Origin: Felis catus
Taxonomy: Eukaryota
DNA length: 64,000 nucleotides
Assembly: GCF_018350175.1 (NCBI RefSeq)
Contig: NC_058368.1
Span: 229,340,001-229,404,000 of the forward strand
Direction: 5' to 3'
Below, in pieces: positions 26,369 to 40,130 of this stretch. The position numbers were made by a program, and so were the translations under genes. The notes beneath the pieces were generated by a model. It was not told where the DNA came from and did not search any database. It saw nothing but the letters and a program-made list of their open reading frames with translations. Position 1 is the stretch's first letter. Every line of letters starts with the position of its first letter.

Positions 26369-26830
26369 CAGTGTTCCTCCCTTATCTGTGGGGGATACAT
26401 TCTAAGACCCTCAGTAGATGCCTGAAACTGCACATGGTACAAAACCCTACATATACCATGCTTTTTCCTATACACACAGACCTACGACAACGTTGAATTT
26501 ATAAATTAGGCACAGTAAGAGATTAACAAACAGAGCTCATAGTAAAATAGAACAGTTATAATAATATCCCGTAATAAAAGTTACGTGAATGTGGTCTCTC
26601 TCTCAAAATATCTTATTGTACTGTACTTAACCTTGTGGTGATGTGAGACGATAACCCGCTTACCTTTTGAGAAGAAGTGTGAAGGATGTGGACGCTGTGA
26701 TGTCGTGTTAGGCTACTACTTACCTTTAGACAATTCATTTGAAGGAGAGTCATCTGTCTCTGGACCACGGTTGACCATGGGTAGCTGACACTGAGGAAGG
26801 CAAAACTGCAGGTAAGTGGGGGCTCCTTTA
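26369..26830 (-). mobile_element. MER44 (Tigger7-derived MITE)
   Basis: Degenerate TIRs cagtgttcctcccttatctgtgg / ctgcaggtaagtgggggctcc; internal ggaccacggttgacc and aattaggcacagtaagagattaaca. Confidence 0.85.
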
Positions 26831-27382
26831 CACTAGAGTCCCGATCTTTAACAATGGAAAAAAACACAGTTCTCATCACAACATGTAGTTTTTAACTGAA
26901 AATCTTCACAGATTTTACCTACGGTGTATTTACAGAAATGTACTTTTATTTCACATGAAACAGAATGATTTCGTTTAACAGAATTTTAAGTAATAGTATT
27001 TGTGAAATGCCCAGATAAGAAAGATTTTGTTTTTCTTTCTCACAGACATTATATGCAAAAATTTGTTGCGTTGTTTGGGAAACTCTGTTCCAGTCTCTGA
27101 ATGTAGGAGAATGCAGCCTCTGCTCTTACCATTAACGTGAAAGAAAATAGTCTGACCTGAGTAGGCAGACCAATGTGGAGAATAGTATAGATAAAATATC
27201 GTATAACTTATCAATTCTCTCAGCCTTATCACAATTCCAGACATACAGCTTCACTACAGCTTAAGTCTTCATAAGCGAGTTCTTCTTATGTCATTGAGAT
27301 AAGCGAGCCAGTGTCTTTCAAACTAAACTTTCAAAAGAGAAGTCGAAAAGGAGGCAAAATACATACATACGTGTGCACGTGT

Positions 27383-27384
<2 letters not shown>

Positions 27385-27415
<31 letters not shown>
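27385..27415. repeat. (CA)n microsatellite
   Basis: Perfect CA run. Confidence 0.97.
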
Positions 27416-27418
<3 letters not shown>

Positions 27419-27722
27419 ACACAGAGTGACACCTGTTGGAAGGCATTAGTCAGCTTGCAAGTCACAAAGGATCTGAAATAAGAGAGGGGTCCAGCAAGGT
27501 GAGGCCAGTATTTGATAGCAATTTTTCCCTTCAACTTTTTACTGTCTCACGGGGATACAGAGATACCTTTGGAACTGTGAGCTGGTACACATCTTTGGGA
27601 AGAGCAAAGGGCTATATACTGAGAGTAAATAGAAAGTAAAAACAAATTAGTCCTCCTGCACCTGCTCGACCTCTGATGAGTCCTCTGTGGATTAGGGGAT
27701 CTACCTCTAAGTAATTGCTTAC

Positions 27723-27744
27723 CCAAAGCAAAAGTAAATCCTCT
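27723..27744 (-). other. Candidate 22-nt microexon
   Basis: tttccattttgcag|AGAGGATTTACTTTTGCTTTGG|gtaagc; both splice sites near consensus. Confidence 0.25.
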
Positions 27745-29059
27745 CTGCAAAATGGAAACGTCATATAGAGCATCATATCACTTCTCAAATTTTTCATCAA
27801 AATGGCCAGTACACAGGGAGGAGATAACAGGCATACAAAAGACTAAGTAGGTTGAAAAATGAGAGAAAAAAAAAAGAGGTAATGAAACAGACTATCAGGA
27901 AGCCCAGATACCGAAGTTGTCAGAAAAGGACTTTAAAATAACAGAGCTAATATTCGCAAGAAATTAAATGATGAGAAGAATTTCAGTAGAAAGTGTGATG
28001 CTATACAGAATAAAATAGGAACTCTGGAAATACAGTGACTGATATTAGGAACTGAAATAATAGATAGGTTTAAAAGTAGAGTAGAAAAACTGAGGGGAAT
28101 AAGTAATCCAGAAAGCAAGGGAGAAGAAAATTTCAGTCAACATCTTACAGAGTAAAAGGAATGCCTCACACAAAGAAGAGTGTAAGAGTTGTAGGGAACA
28201 GGGTGCAAATGGGCTGCTTGTTCACTGTTGATCAATGCAAAGTTCCATTTCTAATATGTTTATACATCCTAATGCTTTATAATTTCTTACCCCTCTTGCC
28301 GTGGTAAAACAATAAAAGTACAACTTTCCAGTCTTTGGAATATGATTCTATTTTATTACCCTGAAGGGTTACTCAAAGTTAGTATCTCACTTCATTAGCA
28401 CATTGGAGGAAAATTTCAATCATTCTTTGAATAGATAACTTTAATTGCCATACACACACACATTATTTTGATATAATTGAAACGTGTCTCAGTTCTCAAT
28501 AAATAAACCCAAAGACAAAGCTAGCTCTTGCTCAGACAAGTGACTGGAAGGAAGACACTCAAACACTGAGTCCTATAACCAGAGTAGGACACACACCCAT
28601 ATGTCTTCTCTCTTATCTGTTTTCATTATTAAATATAGGTTATCATGCTGGTTTCTGATGGGACACTGTTGTCAGTGGGACATCTGTTTCTAGAAGAAAC
28701 TGAAAGTTTTACCCCACTCCTATTCTTTTCTCCAAAGGTGAAAGCAAGACCAGTCTTTCTCAAGGTCAGGAATGTAATTTGGTCACATTATGGAAAGGCA
28801 CAGTCTGACGTTTTATGCCTGCACTGAATCAACCCTGCCCCCCACTACGTTTTTTATTCATTGTTCTTTATATTTGCATCATCTCCCCCTTTTAGATTCC
28901 TAGGATCGTGCCAAGATTGCGTAGTGAGCAGAGGGAAGGAGTTACAGGCAAAGCACAGTTCTTCCTGAGCTAGATGATCCACAACTGTTTGGAGGAACAG
29001 AACCACTCATTGTGCTTTGTAAAAGTAAGAGGTGCTTCTCTTACAAAGGAGTTACTTAC

Positions 29060-29096
29060 TGCCTTCAAGTGAGAGTGTAAATAATGAATTTAGTAC
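29060..29096 (-). other. Candidate 37-nt exon
   Basis: gattttag|GTACTA...GAAGGCA|gtaagt; only one frame open (VLNSLFTLSLEG). Confidence 0.2.
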
Positions 29097-30625
29097 CTAA
29101 AATCTGACTTAAGCAGGAAAGAGAAAGTTAAGACAAAGAAGTAAAACAGAAAACTAATAGTGCAAAGAAATGTTTGGTACTAAAGGCAGAGGACATGCAT
29201 CTCAATATCCAGGCATCAGTAAAAATTGAGTTATATTTCATGTGAAATATTGCGATCTCAATGGATTTCTCTTATTAACCTGTTGCCATTAGAAAATACA
29301 AATCTCAGGGGAAAATAATGTAATGTAACAGATGTTTTCATAAACTTCTTTGTTCAAAAAATGGAAATCGTATTATAATTCTAAGGGACAACAAATCCTA
29401 ACAATCTCATCACTTCTTATTCTGTTATATGGCAGGTAATAAAAGGATATGGACTACCAAGAAAATTAAATGAAATTTAAAATATTTCCAGAACTAAATA
29501 GAATGATAAAAGGTTGCTTTCTATATTTCAAATTATGGCAGTGTTTTTTTCTTATAGTTCAAACATCCATCGTATGGAAATATAGCAACAAAATATCAAA
29601 AAGAAAAAAGGAGATAAAGCATATGAGTGACTAAGATGACAATCTGTCAAAGACAAGTTGTATTGACATGTCAGTGTGAGATATTATCTATCATAGCTAA
29701 TAATACGAATGTCTACATATGAAAAGTAAATATATAGATATGTAGATCAAATATAGATATTGACATAGATACATATATAAAATATAAAGATACCCATTTA
29801 GAAAATAAAAATATATATTAAAATATCTTAAAATTTAAGAAATCTTATTAACAGCATAAACTAATGGTCATTATTAGACTAGTATTTAGTCTTTTAAAGT
29901 ATATTTCTTTGCAGAATTGCAGAAGCACTTTACTAATTATTAAAAGTACAAAAAAGGTACATACACACACATGCAATCAGAAATAAACACAATTCCACCA
30001 AAAATGGCTCCTACTGTGCATAACTATTAGATTATGTTATAAAATAACACAAAAGATGTAAGATTGTGAATCAGGACTTGCCTACAGAAGTCATTCCATA
30101 ATTGATGTTGGAATTCTTACAAGTCTGGAAGAAATCTTTTTAAATAGACTGAGAAAATATTAGTATTAAAGCATTCGTATAGAATATTTTGAAGAAATTA
30201 AAAAATATATTTTTCTATATATTTGCAGTTACTTGTCAAACATTCTGAGATGTTGGATTATTTCTTTGTTCGCTCTTATGAGTGTGGGTATATGGTCCAT
30301 AGGTTTTAATGGACTGTAGATATTGCATGAGAAAATAAGTACCCAACACAGTACCAAAAACGGATTGATAATCTTTGGCAAATTCATTAAAAGTGAAGTA
30401 TCAAAATGTCATCATTTTGTTCTGATTTTATGATGTATTAGTTTCAATAATGGAGCATTGCTGATAATCGGGTATTTAGACCTGCAGAAAGGAAACATTG
30501 TACAGTTCAATCTCATGTTTTATGCTCTATCAATTTAAGACTAAAATACCTAAAACCAATATAAATATAAACAACTTAATCGCATGTCAGGAATACACAC
30601 ATTATGAATTAAAACTGAAGGTGGT

Positions 30626-30863
30626 GGGGCGCCTGGGTGGCGCAGTCGGTTAATCGTCCGACTTCAGCCAGGTCACGATCTCGCGGCCGGTGAGTTCGAG
30701 CCCCGCGTCGGGCTCTGGGCTGATGGCTCAGAGCCTGGAGCCTGTTTCCGATTCTGTGTCTCCCTCTCTCTCTGCCCCTCCCCCGTTCATGCCCTGTCTC
30801 TCTCTGTCCCAAAAATAAAATAAACGTTGAAAAAAAAAATTTTTTTAATAAATAAATAAAAAA
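30626..30863 (+). mobile_element. Young SINEC_Fc-type Can-SINE
   Basis: Perfect 15-bp TSD taaaactgaaggtgg. Confidence 0.98.
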
Positions 30864-31776
30864 TAAAACTGAAGGTGGAGATGATTTTCATCCATGAATC
30901 TGGAGTTAGAAACAAGATTTGTGGTAACTAATGCTTGTAGCCCAATTATTTTTGTATTGGTGACTTTTAAAAACCTATTAACTGCATTTGAGAAGAGTGT
31001 CAAAATCTAAATTTACCACGTCCTTGTCATTAATAGCACACTGGATCTTACTATATTAGTTAATAAATGTAACAAATTCTAAGTGTATATGATACTATCC
31101 CTTATGTTCAATTTTAAAGAACAGTGTCTCTTACTTGTCCTTATATGTCATTGCAAGAGAAATGCTCATTATGCTGACTAGGATGAATGTAAATTTCTAT
31201 CTTATATGTACAACTGAGAACTGAAGTTAGACCAGTAAGTCTCTTACATATATAAACAGATCTTTGGGCTTTCACGGTGCTGACACCTATCATTTTAGAG
31301 CTCTACAAAATTTTGCCTTCATGAAAATTATACTGCTGCTGACCCATTATGTTAGCACTTACATCTAAAGCTCTGTCTTTCAAAATATTTTTATACGTAA
31401 ACTGATTTTATTGAAAATATTAACCATATAATAGATAAAATGTCAAGGATGTTGATATGCTCCTTCCTGTCTCCCAGTACTTTCTCATTTTGTCTGTATT
31501 ATTGCCATTAACCATAAAAAGTGAAACTCTAATTGCATAATCAGCTTATTTTATGCAGATTTAAAGTAAGAGTAGTGTGTTTAAAAATTTAAGTGCGGCA
31601 TACTTAGACTTTAAACCCTTTAAATGTTTCTGTCATTACAATGTTTTATTTGATTATTCTGACACAGAGCACAATATGTAAACCTGAAAACAAAATAATA
31701 CTAAAGAACAATGTATTATGATTTTCAAAAGTATCTAATTAAACCAGTGCTTAATTCCAACTGAACACATTGTGTT

Positions 31777-31779
<3 letters not shown>

Positions 31780-31828
<49 letters not shown>
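31780..31828. repeat. (TG)n microsatellite
   Basis: TG run. Confidence 0.97.
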
Positions 31829-31829
<1 letters not shown>

Positions 31830-32062
31830 TGAGTTAAAGATAGAACAGAGAGATAAAATGAAGCATAGGAAAATCAGTATAATCGTTAGGTCCTACAAGC
31901 CTTGATTAATTTAAAGTGTGTCATTTAATAATCCAGTTCACTTTCACACCACATTAAAATAGTGTCTTAATAGCAGAAATAAGATGCTCTGGTACATAGG
32001 AAATAACCAATTTATTATGACTCTAATGGCTTCAGGTATCTAATAAGAGGAACAATTTATTT

Positions 32063-32516
32063 ATAGATGGTCCCTGACTTACCACAGTTACACATATGGT
32101 TTTTCAACTTTATGATGGTGCAGAATTGTTACGCATTCAGTAGAAACCATACTTTGAATTTTGAATTTGGATCTTTTCCAGAGCCAGCGATATATAGTCT
32201 GATGCTCCACATGGCCTGACCAGTAGGTCCCAATCAATGATACAATCACAGGGTAAACAACACATACAACAACGTTCATTCTACTTTTCACTTTCAGTAG
32301 AGAAGTCAATACATTATATGAAATAGTCAACACTTTATTATAAAGTATTAGACGACCTTGCCCAACTGTAGACTCATGGAAGTGTTTAAGGTAGATAAGG
32401 CTAAGGTAAATGTTGTTTGGTTAGTTACGAGTGATAAATACATTTTTTTCTTAATATTTTCAAACTCTGATGGGTTTATCAGGATGAAACCCCATATTAA
32501 GTTGAGGAAAATCTGT
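32063..32516 (-). mobile_element. MER47/Tigger5 MITE
   Basis: TIRs agatggtccctgactta / taagttgaggaaaatctg with TA flanks; internal cgcattcagtagaaacc and ttgcccaactgtag. Confidence 0.88.
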
Positions 32517-35090
32517 ACCTCTATTATTCCTTAACACTTGCTGGACAAATTGAAAGCAAAATTGTTTCAAATACAAAGAAGTATTAAGCTTTTTTGATAC
32601 TTTTGAATTGAGATTGTGAATTCAATTAGTTTTATTTCAGGTGTTCTGTGATATGCAAGATCCTGACCCACCACAGAAAACAGTAAAATAATAAGTTAGA
32701 ATAACCTTTTATATTATGTTTTTAATGTCCCAAATGAAACTGGAAATGAAAATACTTAGCACAATTTTGTTTTATGGTCTCAGACGCGTGTTTTGTAAAA
32801 TACAGCTATTTCTCTCCATTAGTGTTGTTTTTCTCCAGCAGCTGGCCACACTACACTCTTCCACTCTCCAAAAACAGACTTAGTCTATTGCAACACCTTC
32901 CGCAACATCATTGTTACTCTAAATGACAATTTTTAGAGTTAATTTATGATTTTTTTTTAATTTAATTTGAAAACTAAGCACTTGTTTCTGGGTGACGATG
33001 TGAAGACAATGTCCTCTGTTCCATTTTGGACTGTAAAATTTTCCCTCTTCATAGTTCATAAAGAAAAAAGAAATGACACTCGAGTTGTACGTGGAAAAGG
33101 ACACAGAGACACCTAACACTCAAAACGATTAAAATATGTAGACAAGAAAGTTATGTTGTTTCTGAGGTTAAATACATATTTTAGTTTTTCTTATTAAGTT
33201 TTTTATTTCTATATATATATACTTATTTTATTTATTTATTTATTTGTTAAGTAGTTAGTTTAATTGTCACGACAATTAGGGCATCTATCTTAAGTCAAAT
33301 TTATCAGTAAGAGTGTCATTTTTTTTGGCTATTTAAATTTCATTGATTTGGCTTTGCTATGTATCCGTGGAAGATTTATCTCTATATTTTACTTGCAGGA
33401 TTTAAGGTTTATGTGAGGAATGACCCAAAGGGACGGAACCTTCAAAGACAGTAGTAAGGAGTAAAGAGTAGGAGATAACGCAGTTCAGGGCAAGCAATCT
33501 GTGCCCAGAAAGTCAAAGGTGTGAGGGTCCACTGGAGCAGCACCCCTCGCCAGGGTGAAACTCTCAGTGGTGTGAAAGTGTTTCTCTCTGTCCTCCCTGC
33601 TGTGAGACCCCACGAGGCCAGAGGCTTGTGGAGGCCAGAGGCTTGTGGAGTGCTGGCCTGTTGGGGAAGAAGACAGACAAGCTACAATTATTTCACTATG
33701 GTTTTGTAATCTGTCCAACGACAGAGGAAAATAACATACATGCTACATTGTGCTCTTCTATAGACACATTGTGAAAAAAACAGGTATTAGAAAACAAAGA
33801 AAGAAAACTGTTTTTAATTCTCATTTAATCCCTTAAATGAAAATTCTTTAATTCAGGAAGCTACAAAATAAAAACAACTAAATTACCTTAACAAAGTTTG
33901 TTGGTTTCAAGTATAAAGGAGACATTTACTATAGATATGTGAAAGGTATACAAAGGAAAAAATTACAATAAAATATAACTTTGCTGCCCTTGAAATAACA
34001 AATATTAATAATTCCAGGTGCCTTTCAGTTTTGAAAAATAACATACAGAGACTATTTTGAATGATAACATATTTTTGGTTTGCATTGTTGAAATTAGTAG
34101 TAAACATCAGTTTAACACCTGCATAATGTGTCTTTAATTTTACAGGAAATAATTCAACTGATAATTTCCCAATTCTGCATATACAGCTTGTTTTGCTTTG
34201 TTTTCTCTATTACTTTCTTTTTTGGCATAATTTGGGGGGACTGGTTTGTTTTTGCTATAATAAAAAATCTTCCATAAATATATGTGAACATAATTACAAG
34301 TCTTTTTTTTATCTCATTTCCTTATTTTATTATAGAATTACATTATTGTTATTGTGGGATCTTTTTATATATACTGCTAATTGATTTTCAGAGAAGAAAA
34401 AACCTGACCTATTTATCCATGAATGACTAGTGTTTTGAGTATGGCTTTTAAATCACATCCATTCCAATATTATATTGACTATAGTACTTATCAAAAGGAA
34501 TCTTATTTTTCTTAATTTTAAAAAATATATTCAGACAGATCTACAGCTATACCTGTATCTATATTTCTGTATGTTAGAAATATGCCTTGGAAAATATACA
34601 TGTTAATGTCTATATCATACTAATGCTTATTTTTATATTTTCATGACTAAAATGAAATGCTTTTCATTGGCTAAATATTAGGTGGTCACTTTTCACTCAA
34701 AAACAAGAATATGATTTGGGTAGCAGTATAGTAAGAAATGTAAGTGTCATGTAGAAATGAATAAAGAAATGAATAAATGTAACGTAGCAATGATTGTCAT
34801 TCTTACATCCACTACATGGTCCACATAAATGGACCACATACTCAGGTCCTAATGTGTTCTCTGCATGGATACTTAACTTCCTACAGTGGGAAGAAGCCCT
34901 AAAGGAAGCAGCATTGGGGGTTGGTCACCGGATTAAATCCAATTTGAAAAAGTGAAATAATCTTTAGAGCCTTAACAATATGGATGGAAACCAATTTTTC
35001 TGAGAGTCAAGACGAAACTAGAGAATGCCAAAAATGAAATGATCATTCAGATTTGAATGCTTTCATAATACATAGCTTTGTATGTATTTT

Positions 35091-35143
35091 TTTAACTGCC
35101 ACAGTTAACTGTACAGTTTAACTGTACAGTTTAACTGTACAGT
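35091..35143. repeat. 13-bp tandem repeat of the palindrome aactgtacagtt
   Basis: Three perfect copies plus one degenerate copy. Confidence 0.92.
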
Positions 35144-35281
35144 TTTGGAGGATATTGCCCAAAGCCGAATAGTGTTATCTCCAGAACAGGGAAAACTTCT
35201 AGATTAACTAGACACAAGTGTAGCTCTACCCTAGCAGATTTTGTTGATGGTGATGATGTGGGTAATAAAAATGAGTTGAAT

Positions 35282-35468
35282 GAGGGCACCTGGGTGGCTC
35301 GTTTGGTTAAGCACCCGACCTATGCTCAGGTCATGATCTCACAATTTGTGGATTCAAGTCCCATATCGGGCTCTGCATTGACAACTCAGAGCCAGGAGCC
35401 TGCTCTGGAATCTGTGACTCCCTCTCTCTCTGACCCTCCCCCACTCGAGCCCTGTCTGCCTCTCTCTG

Positions 35469-35505
<37 letters not shown>

Positions 35506-35532
35506 AATGAATAAACATTTTTTAAAAATTTA
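35282..35532 (+). mobile_element. Can-SINE (felid type)
   Basis: Full body with long (CT)n. Confidence 0.95.
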
Positions 35533-35913
35533 ATGAGTTTATGGGACGTGTCACATGTGGCAGATCACCTTCTGGAGATCTCTGTACAATCTATCTTTGC
35601 AGGACACCAAGGATCTGGGACTGAAGGGAGCACCAGGGCAGGACTAAAAGCAAGAGTTTTGACTTCTCTCCCAGCTGTCAGTGCTTGTAAACAATTCTCA
35701 CACTTCAAGGATGGGAAGACAAATCCCTTTTTAGTAAGTTGTTTTTTTGTAACCACTGACACTAGAATAAGTCAGGTACTCAGAAAAGGTGATGTTCAAA
35801 GGGAAATTTTCAAAACTGAAAATATGTTGAAATTTCTAGTAAATCTAACAAATCTTCTGGTCTCTACTTAAGAGGCTTTACCAAGTTGCATAATTTAAAA
35901 GATACTGGTGAGG

Positions 35914-36110
35914 GGGGTGTCTGGGTGGCTCAGTTGGTTAAGCATATGACTCTTGATTTCCACTCAGATCATGATCTCACAGTTCATGAGTTAGACCCCT
36001 GCATTGGGCTCTGCACTTACAGTGGGGAGCCTGCTTGGCATTCTCTGTCTCTCCCTCTCTCTCTGGCCCTCCCCGCCTCAAAATAAATAAATAAACTTTA
36101 AAAAATAAAA
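35914..36110 (+). mobile_element. Can-SINE (older subfamily)
   Basis: Full body and A-rich tail. Confidence 0.94.
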
Positions 36111-36211
36111 TATACAGTTAATACAGTTAAATAATAATTTAATAATACAGTTAAATATACAGTTAATAATAAATATACAGTTAATACAGTTAAAAATGGA
36201 AATACAGTTAA
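36111..36211. repeat. Irregular array of seven atacagtta units
   Basis: Read directly; begins at the SINE tail. Confidence 0.9.
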
Positions 36212-37494
36212 TCATGCTATGCATTAGCACAAAAATATTTAGGAAAAGAAGTACCATCAGACCATCGAGTCTAAAATCTAAGTGAAAAGACTAGACATTC
36301 AGAGTAATTATGTGTTTTGCCTTGTACTCTCTGCTTTAACAAAGGGATACAAGAAAAAAAAACAAATGCAGAAAAGAATCAGTCTATTTTTATGAAAAAA
36401 TGAAAGTGAATAGAGATAGTAATTCAGGGCTTTAAAGTGTTAGAAAAATTGATTGCCTCTATACTTCAAAAGTATGGGATAAGACACAAGCAGCTTGGAG
36501 TGATAAAGTCTTATTAATATTCACATTTGACATATATATGAGTATGCCCTTCTCACCTAATGCCATTATTTCTAATAGCCTCAAGGTAGCTGCCATTAAG
36601 TTGAGAAAAAAAAAACTATTGGGCCAGGGAATACAAGAAATAAAAATTTTAGTTCAATTACATTGCCCCTGGTTTAATATCCTATACTGGGTTTATAGGG
36701 ATAAAGGTGGGGGAAGGCATATAATTTAACTCTTTAGTTTATGGGTCACTGGACTTGGAAGCTCCCTATCTAGGACTGATGGAAAAGACTAGCATCCTTT
36801 AAAATCTTTCATTTGTGATTGGATGCAGGAATTAGGGATAGCCCCTGGGAGTGGGAAGAAGGATAATATGGCATTTGTTTCCAGAATGTGACTATTACTG
36901 ACATCTAATCAACCAAACCTGTTTATCCTTCCTGGACATGGACCCAGACTACAATGACCAGCCCCCTTTGCAGTTATAATTAGGTAAGTATTTGATTTCA
37001 GACCAATAAACAAAGGTAGAAATTCTGTGAGCTACTGGCTGGCTTATCACATGATAATCTCTCATGTGTAATTCTCCACGTTTGCCATCCTTGGGGGTGG
37101 ATATGACTTCCAGGACTACCTTAGTAGGTGCAATTGTATTGACAATTGACCTACCAAAACCGAAATTTCATGTGGTTAAATCACATAATATGGAGAAATA
37201 CAAAAATAGAAGAGACTCAATTTCAAACCAACATTTGGAAGACATGACTCAACCAAAAGGCCATTGGACAATTTTAAGACCAAAATTAAAAAAAAAAAAA
37301 ACAACTTTGTGAAGACACTGAGATTTGAGAACTCATTGGCTCCAGTTCCCCCACCTAACGCGTCTAAAATATGTACTGAGTTTTCTTTACCCTGATTCTA
37401 CTACATATTTAAAGCAAAAAATTTTTAAGCTCTATGTTATAGCCTTAATTTTCAGTCTGAGAAGATTTTTCCAAGGTTAAAAGTGCAAGAGATG

Positions 37495-37870
37495 TGTTAC
37501 AGGACAGAGTATGAGCAGATGAGGAGAGCCTTCAGACTGTAATGCGAGTTAGTATCTGTGAGAAAAGAAAGGGAAGGAGGTAGACATGGGTGGGAGGAGC
37601 CTATGAGTGTAGAACAATGCCAAGAAAGGTCTAGCCAGCTTAATGCAGACATCCTGAGCCAAGGTTGTCCAAAAGGGAAGTCTGCACCTCGCCCTAACAG
37701 GCATGCTTTAGAACTGCTACAATGCTCAGCCATTGCCTGGCAGAAGTCCATCACAACTGCGGCCTCAGCCTGAATACAGTGGTTGATTCAGAGAAGCAGC
37801 ATCTGGGAATATCAGCACATCACGGTTGTCCCAGTAGGAAATTCAAGCAACTTATTTTCCTGGCTGCTAC
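37495..37870 (-). mobile_element. LTR16-like (ERVL) solo LTR
   Basis: tcctgagccaaggttgtc...gctcagccattgcctgg...gtggttgattcagagaagcagcatctggg...gctgctaca. Confidence 0.7.
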
Positions 37871-38284
37871 AGTCCGTCCCTGGGGCTCATTAGAATTTTG
37901 GCTGCTTAGCCTAGGACAATAGGACAAGTAACGTAACACCTGTTAAGAAAGAACGGAAACAGCGAAAACAACATACATTTCCACCCCTCCTGCAGTCTAC
38001 ATGCTAGCCTTACATTTACTCATAAACAAAAATAGGAGTTCTTGAATTTCTTCTGCAGATTATCCTAGCTCCTAGGAAGGAACATCGGCCTTCTAGGGGC
38101 GATTTCCCTGAGACAGACAGACTACTACAGGAAACAACAAATGAGACATTGACTAATAGTTGGCTCTTACAGGCCCAAAGTATTAGGATTACAATGCCAA
38201 TTACAGTTTCCTGCTGGAAAATAAGAAATTGAGTTAATGTATCTAGATACCTCTTAACAAACACTTCTTAAAAAAAAAACTCAC

Positions 38285-38547
38285 GGGGCACCTGGGTGGC
38301 TCAGTCGGTTGAGCGTCCGACTTCGGCTCAGGTCATGATCTCATGGTCCGTGAGTCCGAGCCCCGCATTGGGCTCTGTGCTGACAGCTCAGAGCCTGGAG
38401 CCTGCTTCCGATTCTGTGTCTCCCTCTCTCTCTGCTCCTACCCTGCTTGCGATCTGTCTGTCTCTGTCTCAAAAATAAATAAAACGTAAAAAAAAAAAAA
38501 AATTTAAAAATAAATAAATAAATACATAAATAAATAAATAAATAAAT
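38285..38547 (+). mobile_element. Can-SINE (felid type) with (TAAA)n tail
   Basis: Full body, low divergence. Confidence 0.97.
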
Positions 38548-38780
38548 AACTCCTAAAAACCATTTCCTAGTTGAGCCTGTATCAAAGGAAGGGTATATCC
38601 CAAGGCCCAACCAAAAAGCAATGGAAATGCGAATGCTGAATAAAGGGATCCCCAAAGCTGAAAAAGAAACAGTAATGATGACCTTCCTACCTGATACTGA
38701 GTTTTGGGTTGGCTAAATGAATGTTCCTTCATTCTAGTTACAGCCCCCAAGGGTGCTTACTTGTCCACTCATGATTCATT

Positions 38781-39338
38781 TGTTGCAGAACTAAGGCCAT
38801 TCTGAAGGCCGACCTTTGTCTTCCGCCTTGAATTATTTGAAAGTAAGATAATCTATACATAAGAAAGCCTGACCTATGGCACAGAGCAAATGATGTTACT
38901 ACTCCTGCCTGTAACTCTCAAACACAATCTAAAGCTTAATTTGTAACCAAAATAATAATCAATATTGTGTAAAGCTCTACAGGAAACATAAAGGATGCAA
39001 CTGAGGCCAAACCAAAAGCAGGTGACAGTCAAATGACCACAGGGTCTTGCTCAAGACACAAAAGACAATCACGACTAGAGTCTAGAAATTCCCCTGAAGA
39101 GCTATAATTAACTTTTGATTTTTTCTGCTTAACATTTGAGACTTATTTCCCCCTTCCATTCCCCTTTAAAATCCCCTGCCTGCACTGAGATTGTAAGAAG
39201 TTTATTTGGGACATTGGTCCACCACCTTCTCAGCTAGCTGGCTTTCTCGAAAAAAGTCATATTCTTGGCTTCAACAACTTGTCATTTGACTTATCAGACT
39301 GTCATGCAGTGAACAGATCAAACTTTGGTTGGGTAACA
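38781..39338 (+). mobile_element. ERV1-class solo LTR (MER34/MER39-like)
   Basis: Starts TGTTGC and ends GGTAACA; 4-bp TSD catt/cctt; TATA-like ccctttaaaa; MER34/39-like U5. Confidence 0.75.
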
Positions 39339-40130
39339 CCTTCACCCCTCTACCTTGACATGAGCCTTCTTAAGGAGAAAGACGATTAGAGGTAGGACAG
39401 AAGTTTCTTTGTCCCAAATGAGGACTATAGGCTACATGCGTCTGTATTGCATGCTGAAGAAATCTTGCTGAGGATTAAATCCATATAGTTCAAGCTCTCC
39501 TTTTGTTCTTGTTTATAGAACATAGGCTTCAAATACATGATTTTACACCACAACAAAATATTTTCAGCTCTGTATATTTCACATAAATGTATCATTATGT
39601 ATCTTGTGTCTGTGTCTTTCTCCTTTACACCCCACCTAAAAGTTACCCAGCATAAATTACTTTCTTGAAATTTTACCAACGAGTTTCCATTTTTCCTTCT
39701 TACCATACATCTTATAATGTTCACAACTGACAGGCACAAAAAGAAAGTCCTAACCCGTAATTAAGATTAAATTAGTTGTCTTACGTCACCCAGCTAATTA
39801 GTGAAATAGTCAAGATCATTTGGGTATCAAAAGGTAAAATACCTAAAATATCTTATATAGGATCACAAATATCATCATCTTAACCATCACACAGAGAGTA
39901 CATGTGTGTTTTATATATATGACACTTGGGATAGTAAAGCAATTGAAAAATGAAACAAACTATGGTATTTTCCATCTTTCTAACGTCCTCTGCAATATTC
40001 TACATACTTGAACTTAGGTAAGAATCCTGACACTAATGTTATTTGACTTTTTTCAAGAGGAATTATCTGCCTCAAACACTAAAAATCAGGAGGACAAACT
40101 CAAAGCTTTTTTAAAAAATAAACCATTCCT

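Noticed and set aside
32641..32682. + strand acceptor followed by VFCDMQ, like the fibrinogen-domain V(F/Y)CDM motif
   Set aside because: No following GGGW, stops soon after, weak donor and no partner exons found.
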